The notes: generated by a model not told the origin, from the letters alone. Positions 1 through 9,960 are shown, counted from the first letter of the stretch. The stretch is DNA of 64,000 bases from Bacteroidota bacterium (GCA_019638695.1 JAHBTG010000002.1:14561-78560); one strand, 5' to 3'. Numbers and translations: made by a program.

Positions 1-921
1 GAGCAGGGCTTTATCAAGTTTGAGCGGTTCTTTAAAGTGTTCGTACAGGCAGCGCCGGAATACCGTCGGCTGCCCTCAGATATCCTGAACCTGTTTGTGA
101 AGAACGACCGCGGGGAACAGGTGCCCTATTCTGCATTTCTGAGCCTGCGGAATACCCAGGGCCCCAACGAAATCAACCGGTATAACATGTACCCCACGGC
201 CTCCATACGAGGCGGTGCGGCCGCAGGCTACAGCTCCGGCGAAGCCATTGCCGCTATCCAGGAAGTGGCCAGAGAGACTCTGCCGCGTGGTTATGATATC
301 GACTGGGGCGGCCTTTCCAAGGACGAAACCCGCAGGGGCAACGAAGCGCTGATCATCTTTCTGATAGTGCTGGGTTTTGTCTACCTGGTATTGTCGGCAC
401 AGTATGAAAGTTTCATTCTGCCCCTGGCAGTGGTGTTGTCCCTGCCTCCGGGGGTATTTGGCTCCTTCCTGCTGCTGGAAGGGATGGGCCTTGCCAATGA
501 CATCTATGCACAGGTGGGGCTGGTCATGCTGGTGGGCCTGCTGGCAAAGAATGCGGTGCTGATCGTAGAATTTGCCGTGCAGCGCCAGCGGCAGGGCAGC
601 ACAGTGCTGGAAGCCGCCATTGAGGGCGCCAAGCAACGCCTGCGCCCCATTCTCATGACCTCATTCGCATTCATTGCAGGCATGATACCGCTGGTGGTCG
701 CAACCGGCCCCGGTGCTATTGGCAACCGCACCATCGGCGCCTCAGCATTGGGGGGGATGTTATTCGGCACCATCTTCGGTGTCATCATCGTGCCGGGCCT
801 CTATTACGTCTTTGGCAAGATAGCCGAGGGGAAAGCACTTATCCGCGAGGAAGACGACAAACCGCTCACAGAGATGCAGGACAACATTGCATTTGGCAAA
901 ACCGAGAGTGAATATGAATAA
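1..921 (+). CDS. RND efflux permease (AcrB/HAE1-like), C-terminal part; 5' end lies outside the window
   Basis: Frame 1 is open from nt 1 to TAA 919-921. The TM-rich C-terminus has RND-typical stretches (VMLVGLLAKNAVLIVEF, RPILMTSFAFIAGMIPLVVATGPGA). Confidence 0.85.
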   Translation, partial: EQGFIKFERFFKVFVQAAPEYRRLPSDILNLFVKNDRGEQVPYSAFLSLRNTQGPNEINRYNMYPTASIRGGAAAGYSSGEAIAAIQEVARETLPRGYDIDWGGLSKDETRRGNEALIIFLIVLGFVYLVLSAQYESFILPLAVVLSLPPGVFGSFLLLEGMGLANDIYAQVGLVMLVGLLAKNAVLIVEFAVQRQRQGSTVLEAAIEGAKQRLRPILMTSFAFIAGMIPLVVATGPGAIGNRTIGASALGGMLFGTIFGVIIVPGLYYVFGKIAEGKALIREEDDKPLTEMQDNIAFGKTESEYE

Positions 922-2356
922 CCCCATACGGCTCAAATGTATACTGGCAGGGATTGCTGCGGCTTTGCTGGCAACCTCGTGCATACCCACACATGCGCCG
1001 CTGCAAACCAGTCGTCCATTGCCACAGGCATTTATGGGGAATGCTGCAACCCAGGATACTACGAACACAGGGCTCCTGGCTCCCAACCAGTTTTTTGCAG
1101 ACCCCAACCTGATCTCGCTGATCGATACCGCATTAGCTCATAACCAGGAACTGAAGATCGCGGAACAAGAGGCATTGATTGCCCGGTTTGAGATCCAGGC
1201 GCGCAAGGGAGAATACCTGCCGTCCGTGCGGGGTGCTGCCGGGGCCAGCATGGAAAAAACCCCTCGTTACACCCGTAATGGTGTGGTGGAGGAGCATCTT
1301 GAAGTTGAGCCCGGGCAAAGGTTCCCGGAGCCTTACACCAATCAAAGCATCGGCCTGGACCTGAGCTGGGAAGTAGATATATGGGGTAAGCTTCGCAATG
1401 CCAAGAAAGCGGCCGCACAGCGTTATTATGCTTCCCGGGAAGGCAGGCAGCTGATTGCCACCCTGTTGGTAGCAGAGATTGCCAACTCCTATTATGAGCT
1501 GATGGCGCTGGACAATGAGCTATTAATCCTGCAGCGTAATATCAGCCTGCAGGAAGAAGTGCTGGGAGTGGTACGGCAACAAAAACAGGCGGCAAGGGTT
1601 AATGAGCTGGCTGTGCGAAGGTTTGAAGCAGAGCTCATGCGCAACCAAAGCCGTTTGTTCTTCACCAAACAACAAATCATAGAAACCGAGAACAGGATCA
1701 ATCAGTTGGCAGGGCGTTATCCCCAGCCCGTTATCCGCAGTTCCACATCCTTTACCACACTTGTCCCGCCCTCCATCAGTACGGGTGTACCTGCACAGCT
1801 GTTAGCCAACCGTCCGGATGTCAGGCAAGCCGAGTATTTACTGCAGGCGGCCCAGATTGATGTGAAAGTGACCCGTGCCAACTTTCTTCCTGCAATGGCC
1901 ATTGACGGCCGCCTGGGCTATGAGGCGTTTAACCCTGCACACCTGTTCTTGTCGCCGCAATCTATCGGGCTGGGACTGGCAGGAGGACTCGTTGCCCCGG
2001 TCATTAACCGAAACGGTATTGTGGCAGCTTACAACACCGCAAATGCCCACCAGGTTCAGCGCATTTATGAGTATGAGCAAACGCTCATACGCGCTTATAC
2101 CGAAGTAAATACACAGATGTCGAGTATTGTCAACCTGAACCAGGCTTATGAGCGCAAGTATCAGCAGGTACAAACACTGGCAGACGGTATCCGCATTTCG
2201 CAGGCCCTGTTCCGCAATGCTCGTGCCGATTACACTGAGGTATTGCTCACCCAGCGGGATTACCTGGAGGCAAACGTGGAACTCATTGAACTGAAAGCGC
2301 TGCAAATGCAGGCCGTAGTGAACGCCTACAGGGCACTGGGTGGCGGCTGGCGCTAG
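914..2356 (+). CDS. efflux outer-membrane factor lipoprotein (NodT/TolC family)
   Basis: ATG 914 overlaps the upstream stop. Lipoprotein-type signal (AALLATSC). About 480 aa, OMF-like, directly downstream of the RND pump. Confidence 0.8.
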   Translation: MNNPIRLKCILAGIAAALLATSCIPTHAPLQTSRPLPQAFMGNAATQDTTNTGLLAPNQFFADPNLISLIDTALAHNQELKIAEQEALIARFEIQARKGEYLPSVRGAAGASMEKTPRYTRNGVVEEHLEVEPGQRFPEPYTNQSIGLDLSWEVDIWGKLRNAKKAAAQRYYASREGRQLIATLLVAEIANSYYELMALDNELLILQRNISLQEEVLGVVRQQKQAARVNELAVRRFEAELMRNQSRLFFTKQQIIETENRINQLAGRYPQPVIRSSTSFTTLVPPSISTGVPAQLLANRPDVRQAEYLLQAAQIDVKVTRANFLPAMAIDGRLGYEAFNPAHLFLSPQSIGLGLAGGLVAPVINRNGIVAAYNTANAHQVQRIYEYEQTLIRAYTEVNTQMSSIVNLNQAYERKYQQVQTLADGIRISQALFRNARADYTEVLLTQRDYLEANVELIELKALQMQAVVNAYRALGGGWR

Positions 2357-3732
2357 CCGGATGATGCTGGCTCACCCATCTTGGGAAAGCACAGCTCAGC
2401 TTTGAGCCCGCCATCGGGGATGACCGTCAGCTCCAGCGTCCCGTTATGCAGCTGTGCAATCCGGTCCGTCAGCGCCAGTCCTACTCCGCTTCCCTGCTTT
2501 GCCCTTGCTGTAGAGGCCCGGAAGAAAGGCTCCTTCAACCTGGACAGCCGCTCGGGCGGCACTCCCGGTCCGGTATCCGAAACAATAATGGACAGTCCCT
2601 TTTCTTCCCGGATGCTCACCAGTACCGGTGTGGATGGAGTTGCGTATTTACAGGCATTGTCTACCAGGTTGAGAATAGCCACCTGGAGTAATAGCGGATT
2701 TCCAAGCACAATAGGTTCGGATTCCGCCTGCTCCAGCAGGTTCATATCCATACGGATATCCCTTTCGGGCCAGCGTTGCCTGGCTATCTGTATGGCCTCA
2801 AAGGTGGTTTCATCCATACGGGTAGGCTCCATCTGCACGTTTTCCGGTTCCTGGGCAGACTGGGCCATCCAAAGCAGCTGCTGAATAAGGTCCAGCAGCC
2901 GTTCCAGCGAGGTTTGCATCTCGGCGAGCTTGGCCTGGTTGTCAGGTATAGCAGCCGTTTTCAGCTCGTGCAGCTGCGCCATGAGCACAGCGATGGGTGT
3001 GCGCAGCTCATGGCTGGCATTAGCAATAAATGTGCGTTGCAAGGCAAAGGCGGCATCCAGGCGCTCCAGCAAATGATTGAATGTCTGGCTCAGCAAACCC
3101 AGCTCATCTCTTTTATCGGGTATCACCAGGCGCTCATGGGGTCTCTGTATTTTCATGGCCTGGAGGGTAAGTTTCTTCAAAGGCCGGATACCCCAGCTGG
3201 CAAGCGCCCAGGCAAACAGCCCTGCAATGCCAATCCCCAGTAAGCCCCCCCAGGCAAGGCCAACGGACAGGTTCTCCAGCTGCTCATAGCCCAGCTTGTC
3301 TTCTGCCGCCACCGCCACTATGATGGAGTCCGGGTAATGCTCCATCACCTCCAGCAGGAACTGGCGCTTACCTTCCTGCCAGAAGAGGAACCCCGTCTTC
3401 CGAACCTGATGCAAACGATCCGGACTGATGCTTAGTGAATGCGTAGCCTCTTGCAGAATAAGGCTGTCCTTTGTGCTATAGACCAGCAGCTCTTCATCCT
3501 GTAGTGCGTTGAGCAACTGGCGCTGCAGGCGGGCGCGGGCTTCTGCAGGAAGCCTGTCCGAATCTCTCACCAATCTCCCGGCGACATCCGCCCGCTCCCG
3601 TAGCCGTTCGTAAAACTCGGAGGCACGCAGATTGCTGATCTTGATATACACAAATGCACTGAAAATGCCCAGCAACAAGGCCGCCAGTACCATAAAAAGA
3701 AGCGCTATTCGTGTTCGAAGCGTCATACTCAA
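2353..3732 (-). CDS. sensor histidine kinase (TM-HAMP-HisKA-HATPase_c)
   Basis: N-terminal TM segments, H-box NASHELRTPI, ATP-lid boxes DTGPGV and GSGVGL. 4-nt overlap with the upstream response-regulator gene. Confidence 0.9.
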   Translation of the reverse strand: MSMTLRTRIALLFMVLAALLLGIFSAFVYIKISNLRASEFYERLRERADVAGRLVRDSDRLPAEARARLQRQLLNALQDEELLVYSTKDSLILQEATHSLSISPDRLHQVRKTGFLFWQEGKRQFLLEVMEHYPDSIIVAVAAEDKLGYEQLENLSVGLAWGGLLGIGIAGLFAWALASWGIRPLKKLTLQAMKIQRPHERLVIPDKRDELGLLSQTFNHLLERLDAAFALQRTFIANASHELRTPIAVLMAQLHELKTAAIPDNQAKLAEMQTSLERLLDLIQQLLWMAQSAQEPENVQMEPTRMDETTFEAIQIARQRWPERDIRMDMNLLEQAESEPIVLGNPLLLQVAILNLVDNACKYATPSTPVLVSIREEKGLSIIVSDTGPGVPPERLSRLKEPFFRASTARAKQGSGVGLALTDRIAQLHNGTLELTVIPDGGLKAELCFPKMGEPASSG

Positions 3733-4415
3733 TCAGGCTCGCGCAAAACATATCCCATCCCCACAACCGTATGCAGCAACTTGGTAGCAAACGGTTTGTC
3801 TATCTTTTTTCGCAGAAAATTAATATACACCTCCACAATATTCGAGTCTGTATCAAAGCTGGTTTCCCATACTTTCTCAAGAATATCCATGCGGCTTACT
3901 ATGCGCCCTTTGCGCACCAGTAAATAGTTCAGAAGCATAAACTCGCGTGCCGTCAGGCTGATCTTTTCCCCGGCGCGGGTGACCGTTTTGGCAATAAGAT
4001 CTATTTCCAGATCTGCACAGGAAAGCTTAGCATCCATCTCAGTACTCACCTGGGCTCTGCGCAGTAAAGCCCGGATGCGAGCCACCAGTACCTCAAACTG
4101 AAAGGGCTTTGTAAGATAATCATCCGCCCCGCGGTTGAGACCCTGCACCACAGCCGAAGGCTTGTCCAGGGCGGTTAACATGAGAATAGGGAGCCTGGGG
4201 AGCGTTTCGCGCAGCTTCCGGCATACTTCCAGGCCGCTCTTGGTAGGCAGCATAACATCCAGCACAACCAGATCGTAGGGATTCTCTTCGGTCATGGATT
4301 CGGCCTGCAGTCCGTCGGTTGCCACATCCACAGCAAAGCCTTCCTGTTTCAGCCCCCTTTCCAGAAAACTAGCCAGTTTGGGCTCGTCTTCTACAACCAA
4401 TATCCTCATTTCCAA
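3729..4415 (-). CDS. OmpR-family response regulator
   Basis: REC domain (ILVVEDE, LVVLDVMLP, LTKPF) plus winged-helix C-terminus (LHTVVGMGYVL). Confidence 0.9.
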   Translation of the reverse strand: MEMRILVVEDEPKLASFLERGLKQEGFAVDVATDGLQAESMTEENPYDLVVLDVMLPTKSGLEVCRKLRETLPRLPILMLTALDKPSAVVQGLNRGADDYLTKPFQFEVLVARIRALLRRAQVSTEMDAKLSCADLEIDLIAKTVTRAGEKISLTAREFMLLNYLLVRKGRIVSRMDILEKVWETSFDTDSNIVEVYINFLRKKIDKPFATKLLHTVVGMGYVLREPD

Positions 4416-4820
4416 AAGTTTATGAATATCAAAGAATGTGTCTGAGCTATGATTGTTCCTGCCAAAGGGGCATTATGCCCGGGATCCATCTGCAAAAGTA
4501 AGCTTCCGCAAACTTCGTCCAACTAAAATGAGAGAAACAAGTGGCTAACCTGCACCACCAGCTGTACCAGGAAGAACTACTGTCATATCTATTCAGGTCA
4601 CTCATCTATATGCTTTATCCGCCCAAAAAACTGCACCGGATCTAACTGAAACACATGAATTTGTCCAGATATCCCAAAAAGCACAGGATAGTGGGATATA
4701 GACAAGATTACACATCACATGAAGTCATCTCTATTTAAATGCAAAAATGATTTTAATGACAAGACTCTTGACAAATAATATCATGTCTTTATAGATTGCA
4801 GTTTATAAATTAACAATAGC

Positions 4821-5519
4821 ATGCGCTTACAAATACGTTTTTTACATAACAGACAAGCCATCCCCTTTAACTATCAGTACGAGTTGGCACGTGCGCTGCA
4901 CCGCTGGCTAGGACCAGACAATCCCTGGCATGGCAAGACCTACAGCCCCTTTAACTTTGGCTCTCTACAGGGCCTGAAGGCACAAGGCAACACCCTGGTC
5001 TGCCACAACTCGCAAATAACTTGGTGGGTAGCCGCCTGGCAGGCAAACCTGCTCAAAACACTTCTGCAGGGCATGCTACAATCTTCCACAGGTCCCTGGG
5101 GCATGCACATACAGGAAGTGCAGCTGGCATCCCCACCTCACACAGAGGGCACTCGCCAGTACTTTATGGACAGCCCGTTAGTACTGCGACAGCGCCAGGA
5201 ATCAGGACCCGTCAAATACCTTACTTGGCAAGATACCGAAGCCAATACCCAGCTGCATGAACAACTTATGCGCAAGCTCCACCATCTGGACATACACGTG
5301 CCTGAAACCGACGTGCAGGTAGCCTTTGATACCACCTACCCCAAAGCCAAGACCCGCCTCATCACCCTGAAACGCGACACTCCCGGGCAGCAAAAAGAGG
5401 TCAAGGTGCGGGGCTCGCTCTGCCCCGTGCGGGTAACTGCCCCGCCCGAAGTGCACGCCGCCATCTGGTCCACCGGCCTGGGTGCTAATACAGGAATAGG
5501 GTTCGGAGGGGTGAAGTAA
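4821..5519 (+). CDS. cas6: CRISPR-associated endoribonuclease Cas6
   Basis: 232 aa. Has the C-terminal glycine-rich loop GLGANTGIGFGGV typical of Cas6. First gene of the cas cluster. The repeat ends in the Cas6-type 8-nt handle ATTGAAAC. Confidence 0.8.
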   Translation: MRLQIRFLHNRQAIPFNYQYELARALHRWLGPDNPWHGKTYSPFNFGSLQGLKAQGNTLVCHNSQITWWVAAWQANLLKTLLQGMLQSSTGPWGMHIQEVQLASPPHTEGTRQYFMDSPLVLRQRQESGPVKYLTWQDTEANTQLHEQLMRKLHHLDIHVPETDVQVAFDTTYPKAKTRLITLKRDTPGQQKEVKVRGSLCPVRVTAPPEVHAAIWSTGLGANTGIGFGGVK

Positions 5520-5719
5520 TCTCTACCCTAATTATACATAATATTCAGATACCATGCAAAAATCACAACGATATGACTTAAAATCAACCAAGTATCCAAT
5601 ATACATTGGGCTCATGATTGCTTTCTCCCAATATGCAGCATACCCCAGCTAGCCTCTCATAAAGGCCAAGCAGGGTGCTACGGCAGGGGGAGACTTTTTA
5701 GAAACCTTCCAGAACGAAT

Positions 5720-6301
5720 ATGCACTACTATATTGTAAAATATACAGGTCCCTTTGGCTATATCAAGCCGTGGACAGCTGTACGGGATGAGCTGACCTAT
5801 AGCGAGAAATTTCTGGCACCGGCCACTATACAGGGCATTAGCCAGAAGCTGTTTGGACTGGGCGAGAAGGACCGGGTTCTGCGCTACCGCCTATGCTTTG
5901 GAGCCTATAGTGTACAGCAGGAACAGACCTGGGCGAAAAAACCTACATATAGCCGAACGAAACAATCCATAGACTATCGCAAAGGCATCCTAAACCGGGG
6001 CGTTCTGCTGGAGCCAGAACTTTACCTGGCTTTTGGCAGCGAGAAAGACGCGGATATAGCAGCCGAGCAACACATCTGTCTTTGCCGAAACGAAGACCTG
6101 TTGTGGCCTGATCTGTGCAATGGTAAACTCATTACATCCATGTCCCAGCCTGCATTTGACGAACTGCCTGGCTTTGAGTTGGTGCCGACAGAAGTAAACA
6201 GGGGTATTCCCACCGGGCGCAACCGCTTCGAACCAGGTCATCCCATGACCTACGGTGAGTTGACCACTACCGGCAACCCCATTCGTTATTCACTCTACTA
6301 A
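5720..6301 (+). CDS. cas5: Cas5-like RAMP protein (putative Cascade subunit)
   Basis: 193 aa. The N-terminus GPFGYIKPWTAVRDELTYSEKFLAPATIQGISQKLFG resembles the Cas5 N-terminal signature (G-x-F/A-x-F-x-P...S-Y...P-x-x-x-I-x-G). Sits inside the cas operon. Call is from motif and context only. Confidence 0.55.
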   Translation: MHYYIVKYTGPFGYIKPWTAVRDELTYSEKFLAPATIQGISQKLFGLGEKDRVLRYRLCFGAYSVQQEQTWAKKPTYSRTKQSIDYRKGILNRGVLLEPELYLAFGSEKDADIAAEQHICLCRNEDLLWPDLCNGKLITSMSQPAFDELPGFELVPTEVNRGIPTGRNRFEPGHPMTYGELTTTGNPIRYSLY

Positions 6302-6331
6302 AAGCATTCATCACCAAGCAAACACTACATA

Positions 6332-8455
6332 ATGTTCGACACCAGCCATATACTAGCCAAAAGTGAACGCGGCGATAATCCATCCGTACCCCTGGAGGTT
6401 CACCTGCAGCAGGTGGCCAACGCAGCTGCAGCCTTGGCTCTCAAGTTTAGAATGGATGCCCAAATTGCCCGCATGGGCGGCTGGCTGCACGATACGGGTA
6501 AGGTGCACCCTGAATTCCAGAAGCGTATAAGGAGCACAGGCCCTGTCATGGGCCAGCCCTTTCGCCACGAACTGGCCTCGCTCTTCTTTCTACCCCTTTT
6601 CTCGCAAGAACATTGGCCAGCCCTGTGCCAGATGGTGGTGGCACATCATAAATCGGTTAAGAATGACAAGGGCGAAAAAGGCCTGCTGGACCTGGAAAAT
6701 GAGTATGGCAACGGGTTTATTCGGTTCCACCTGGGCAATTGGGCCGAGTGGCAGCAACCTGCACTGGAGATACTGGCCAGACTGAGCGGGGCAGTGCAGC
6801 CACCGGCACCTATAAACACAACTACGGCGCAAGAAGCGCTGGAATGGTGTATAACTTACTGCCAGGGACTAGGAAAAGAATGGAGCCGCTGGCGCGGTCT
6901 ACTGATGGCCGCAGACCATTTGGTATCAGCGCTGGGAGAGTTGCCAGAGTATCAGCTACAGGGATTCTTTGCAGCTCCTGGCCTCAGTTTTTTTGACCGT
7001 ACCCACCCGCTGTTCCCGCTATCGGCCTACACTGCCGATGCGCCCCAGCCGCACACACTGGTAGTGGCCCCTACTGGTGCAGGTAAGACAGACTACCTGA
7101 TGCGCCGTTGCCAGGGACGCGTGTTCTATGTATTACCCTTTCAGGCATCTATCAATGCTATGTACCAGCGGATGCGCGAGGCCATACCGGATGCGGATAT
7201 ACGGGTACTGCATGCGGCCTCCAGGCTGGTAGCAAAGGACGAAACAGAAGCAGACCTGCAACCTTTTACTGGCGCGGCGCTCAAGGTATTAACGCCTCAT
7301 CAACTGGCGAATGTGCTGTTCGCCGGCCCCGGTTATGAAATGCTGGTGCAGGACCTGGAGGGCGCGGATGTCATTTTGGACGAAGTACATACATATAGCG
7401 GCATCACACAGTCGCTGGTGCTGGAACTGGTAAAGCTGCTGGCTGGCCCCCACTTGAACTGCAGGGTACATGTAGGTACGGCCACTATGCCCAGCGCCCT
7501 GTACGATCAGTTGCTGCAAAGCCTGGGAGGCACTGAAAAAACACTGGAGGTGGCGTTGACCAAGGAAGAACTGGACACGTATATCCGCCACACGGTGCAT
7601 AAGCTGCCGGACGATGAAAGCGCTGACTGTGTGATACTGCAAGCCCTGGAAGCAAACGAAAAGGTGCTGGTGGTGTGCAATACGGTAAAACGTGCACAGG
7701 AGCGCTATCGTAGCCTGATGGAGATGTGGCCGCAGCCCCAGCGCTGTTTGTTACTGCACAGCCGCTTCCGCCGCAAGGACCGCAAGGCACAGGAGGGCAG
7801 ACTAATGGAGGAATTTGAGAAACAGCCCGGTCCCTGCCTGGTGGTGGCTACGCAGGTAGTGGAGGTAAGCCTGGACATCAGCTTTGACCGCATGGTAACG
7901 GATGCCGCGCCGCTAGACGCGCTGGTACAGCGCTTTGGCCGGGTGAACCGCCGCCGTACCACAGATAATCTGAACACCCTCAAACCGGTGCATATACTGG
8001 CTCCGGCAGAAAAAACCCTGCCCTACGATTCCCAACAGGTGAAGCAAAGCTATGAGCTACTGGCAGACGGGCAACATTTCCGCCCCGCAGATCTACAACA
8101 GAAGATGGATACAGTGTACCCCAGCCTGCAACCGTTAGTTATCAGCGGCCAAGTAATGTGGGACAAACAGGGTCTCTTACTCTCCGCGCTACAGCATGTA
8201 GGCAAGCCCGTGCTGATGGAACTGCTGGACATAGACAGTGCAGCCTGTATACTGGATACGAATGTCGAGGATTACCAGAGCGGTAACTGGGAAACCCGCA
8301 TGGAACTGGAGATTCCCGTAAACGGCCGCACCATGTGGCCGCATCGCGGTAAATACTACCAATTGGAAGAGGGGAACCGTCCCTTTGTGGTGACTTGTCC
8401 GCCAGATTACGATTTGCTGGGTCTCACCTTTACCGAACCCGACCTTTTTATGTAA
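6332..8455 (+). CDS. cas3: Cas3 HD-nuclease/helicase fusion
   Basis: N-terminal HD domain (HLQQV, WLHDTGK, HE, VVAHHK, AADHLVSA). SF2 helicase motifs: Walker A APTGAGKT, DEAH-box LDEVH, VATQVVEVSLD, QRFGRVNRR. Confidence 0.92.
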   Translation: MFDTSHILAKSERGDNPSVPLEVHLQQVANAAAALALKFRMDAQIARMGGWLHDTGKVHPEFQKRIRSTGPVMGQPFRHELASLFFLPLFSQEHWPALCQMVVAHHKSVKNDKGEKGLLDLENEYGNGFIRFHLGNWAEWQQPALEILARLSGAVQPPAPINTTTAQEALEWCITYCQGLGKEWSRWRGLLMAADHLVSALGELPEYQLQGFFAAPGLSFFDRTHPLFPLSAYTADAPQPHTLVVAPTGAGKTDYLMRRCQGRVFYVLPFQASINAMYQRMREAIPDADIRVLHAASRLVAKDETEADLQPFTGAALKVLTPHQLANVLFAGPGYEMLVQDLEGADVILDEVHTYSGITQSLVLELVKLLAGPHLNCRVHVGTATMPSALYDQLLQSLGGTEKTLEVALTKEELDTYIRHTVHKLPDDESADCVILQALEANEKVLVVCNTVKRAQERYRSLMEMWPQPQRCLLLHSRFRRKDRKAQEGRLMEEFEKQPGPCLVVATQVVEVSLDISFDRMVTDAAPLDALVQRFGRVNRRRTTDNLNTLKPVHILAPAEKTLPYDSQQVKQSYELLADGQHFRPADLQQKMDTVYPSLQPLVISGQVMWDKQGLLLSALQHVGKPVLMELLDIDSAACILDTNVEDYQSGNWETRMELEIPVNGRTMWPHRGKYYQLEEGNRPFVVTCPPDYDLLGLTFTEPDLFM

Positions 8456-8477
8456 CGCCTTATCCCCCAAGAAACCA

Positions 8478-9896
8478 ATGTATACCGTACATACCGGCCG
8501 CGTTTTTTTGGACCAGTACAACCGCCGTACCGGGCAACAGCTTACGGCACGGCAGTTTTTTGGCGAGCAGCTATGGCCCGTCTTTTTTAATGCGCCTGAC
8601 GAAAAGCATCTGATGCAGGTAACGAACTCTGCGTTCTTTCAGAGTGCCTATGCCAAGCAGGTTACCTCTTCCGAGCTTCCAAATTATCGCCGGGTCAAGT
8701 TCCAACAAGCCGTGGAAGATACGATAGAAGGGAGGCAGCTGGTCTCCGGTGCGCTGGCGATAGGTTACTGGGCCGCTGGGCCAGAGGAGACTACATCGGG
8801 CCAAGTGAGTCACTTGCAACAGAATCCCGATGAATCGTCCATTTATTGCTCGTGGATAGGGGCCGGACTGGCAGTGGGGTTCGGCGGGGGGTATGATATG
8901 CTATTCGAACAAGAAAATATTCTCTGGCATATCTGGCAGGGATGGCCTTATTATCGTCAGTATATAAACGAGAATCACCTCCTAAAAGGCCGCCAGATAG
9001 CTGCCTGGAACGGATTGTGGCTAATGTATGGGCTGGAAAGTGCCTATACAGATGCAGATGTAGAGAAGACCTACCGACAAGTAAAGTCTTTGCTGGCCCA
9101 GAATAATCATGTAATAGCTGATAAAGCAGGCCAAAAGCTGGACAGGCCGGACTGGCCTCAGCAAGTCCTGGAACTATGCAAGGCCACCAAAGGAACATTC
9201 AAAACAGTAGTGAATGGATTTTCTTTTGGCCAAACCAATAAAACGCTAGGTATGATGACCATAGAATTGCCTGAAATAAAGCGGATGCAAGAAGTGTGGG
9301 AAAAGCTGATGGGCCTGAACCCTGGTTTGCCCGAACCTGGCAAAAAAGGATTGGAAAACTGGCTAAGCGTTAATTATAGTTTGGAAAAGGCAGTGCAAAC
9401 CGGTGGGCTAGGCTTACGAGCATTGGCCCCAAAAGATTACCAAACGCTCTTCCCTGACAAACAATCTACTGGCAAGGCAAGTCTGGATAAATTATATAAA
9501 TTGTATCAAAAATCTCCCTATACACTTTTCTATTCTCAAGCCTGGATTATGACATTATTACAAAACCCGCGGCAGGCCAACAATGAGGAGCTGCTACAGC
9601 TAGCCAATATGCTAGCAACAGAACTAGTAAATTTTACTGAGAAAGGTAAAACAAAAGACAGCACTATTAATACCAAACTCAAGAAGGCAGATAATCTGGT
9701 CAATGCCACCACCAAGGCATCCTACCTGCAGGTACTGGCCGAGATTGTGAATGAACTCCCTGCTGATATGCCTAAAGATCTATATAACCAGGCACGCGAG
9801 ATTGTGTTTCTTATGCCCGCAGATAGCTATCGGCTCTTTATAGCCTTGCTCAAATGCACCTATGTTATTGTACTAGGTGGCGGCAAGGTCATTTGA
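8478..9896 (+). CDS. putative Cascade large subunit (Cas8 slot); no family recognised
   Basis: 472-aa ORF between cas3 and cas7, with 22-nt and 64-nt gaps to its neighbours. Trp/Tyr-rich middle and Lys-rich helical C-terminus. Assignment rests on position only. Confidence 0.45.
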   Translation: MYTVHTGRVFLDQYNRRTGQQLTARQFFGEQLWPVFFNAPDEKHLMQVTNSAFFQSAYAKQVTSSELPNYRRVKFQQAVEDTIEGRQLVSGALAIGYWAAGPEETTSGQVSHLQQNPDESSIYCSWIGAGLAVGFGGGYDMLFEQENILWHIWQGWPYYRQYINENHLLKGRQIAAWNGLWLMYGLESAYTDADVEKTYRQVKSLLAQNNHVIADKAGQKLDRPDWPQQVLELCKATKGTFKTVVNGFSFGQTNKTLGMMTIELPEIKRMQEVWEKLMGLNPGLPEPGKKGLENWLSVNYSLEKAVQTGGLGLRALAPKDYQTLFPDKQSTGKASLDKLYKLYQKSPYTLFYSQAWIMTLLQNPRQANNEELLQLANMLATELVNFTEKGKTKDSTINTKLKKADNLVNATTKASYLQVLAEIVNELPADMPKDLYNQAREIVFLMPADSYRLFIALLKCTYVIVLGGGKVI

Positions 9897-9960
9897 CATA
9901 CCCGGTTATTTATTCATATTTTTTTATCAAAAGCATATTGACTTCTAAGAATCATTTGTC

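Noticed and set aside
5555-5617. Small ORF (20 codons) in the cas6/cas5 gap, considered as a possible small accessory or anti-CRISPR-like gene
   Set aside because: It is too short, has no supporting signal, and is an unremarkable sequence.
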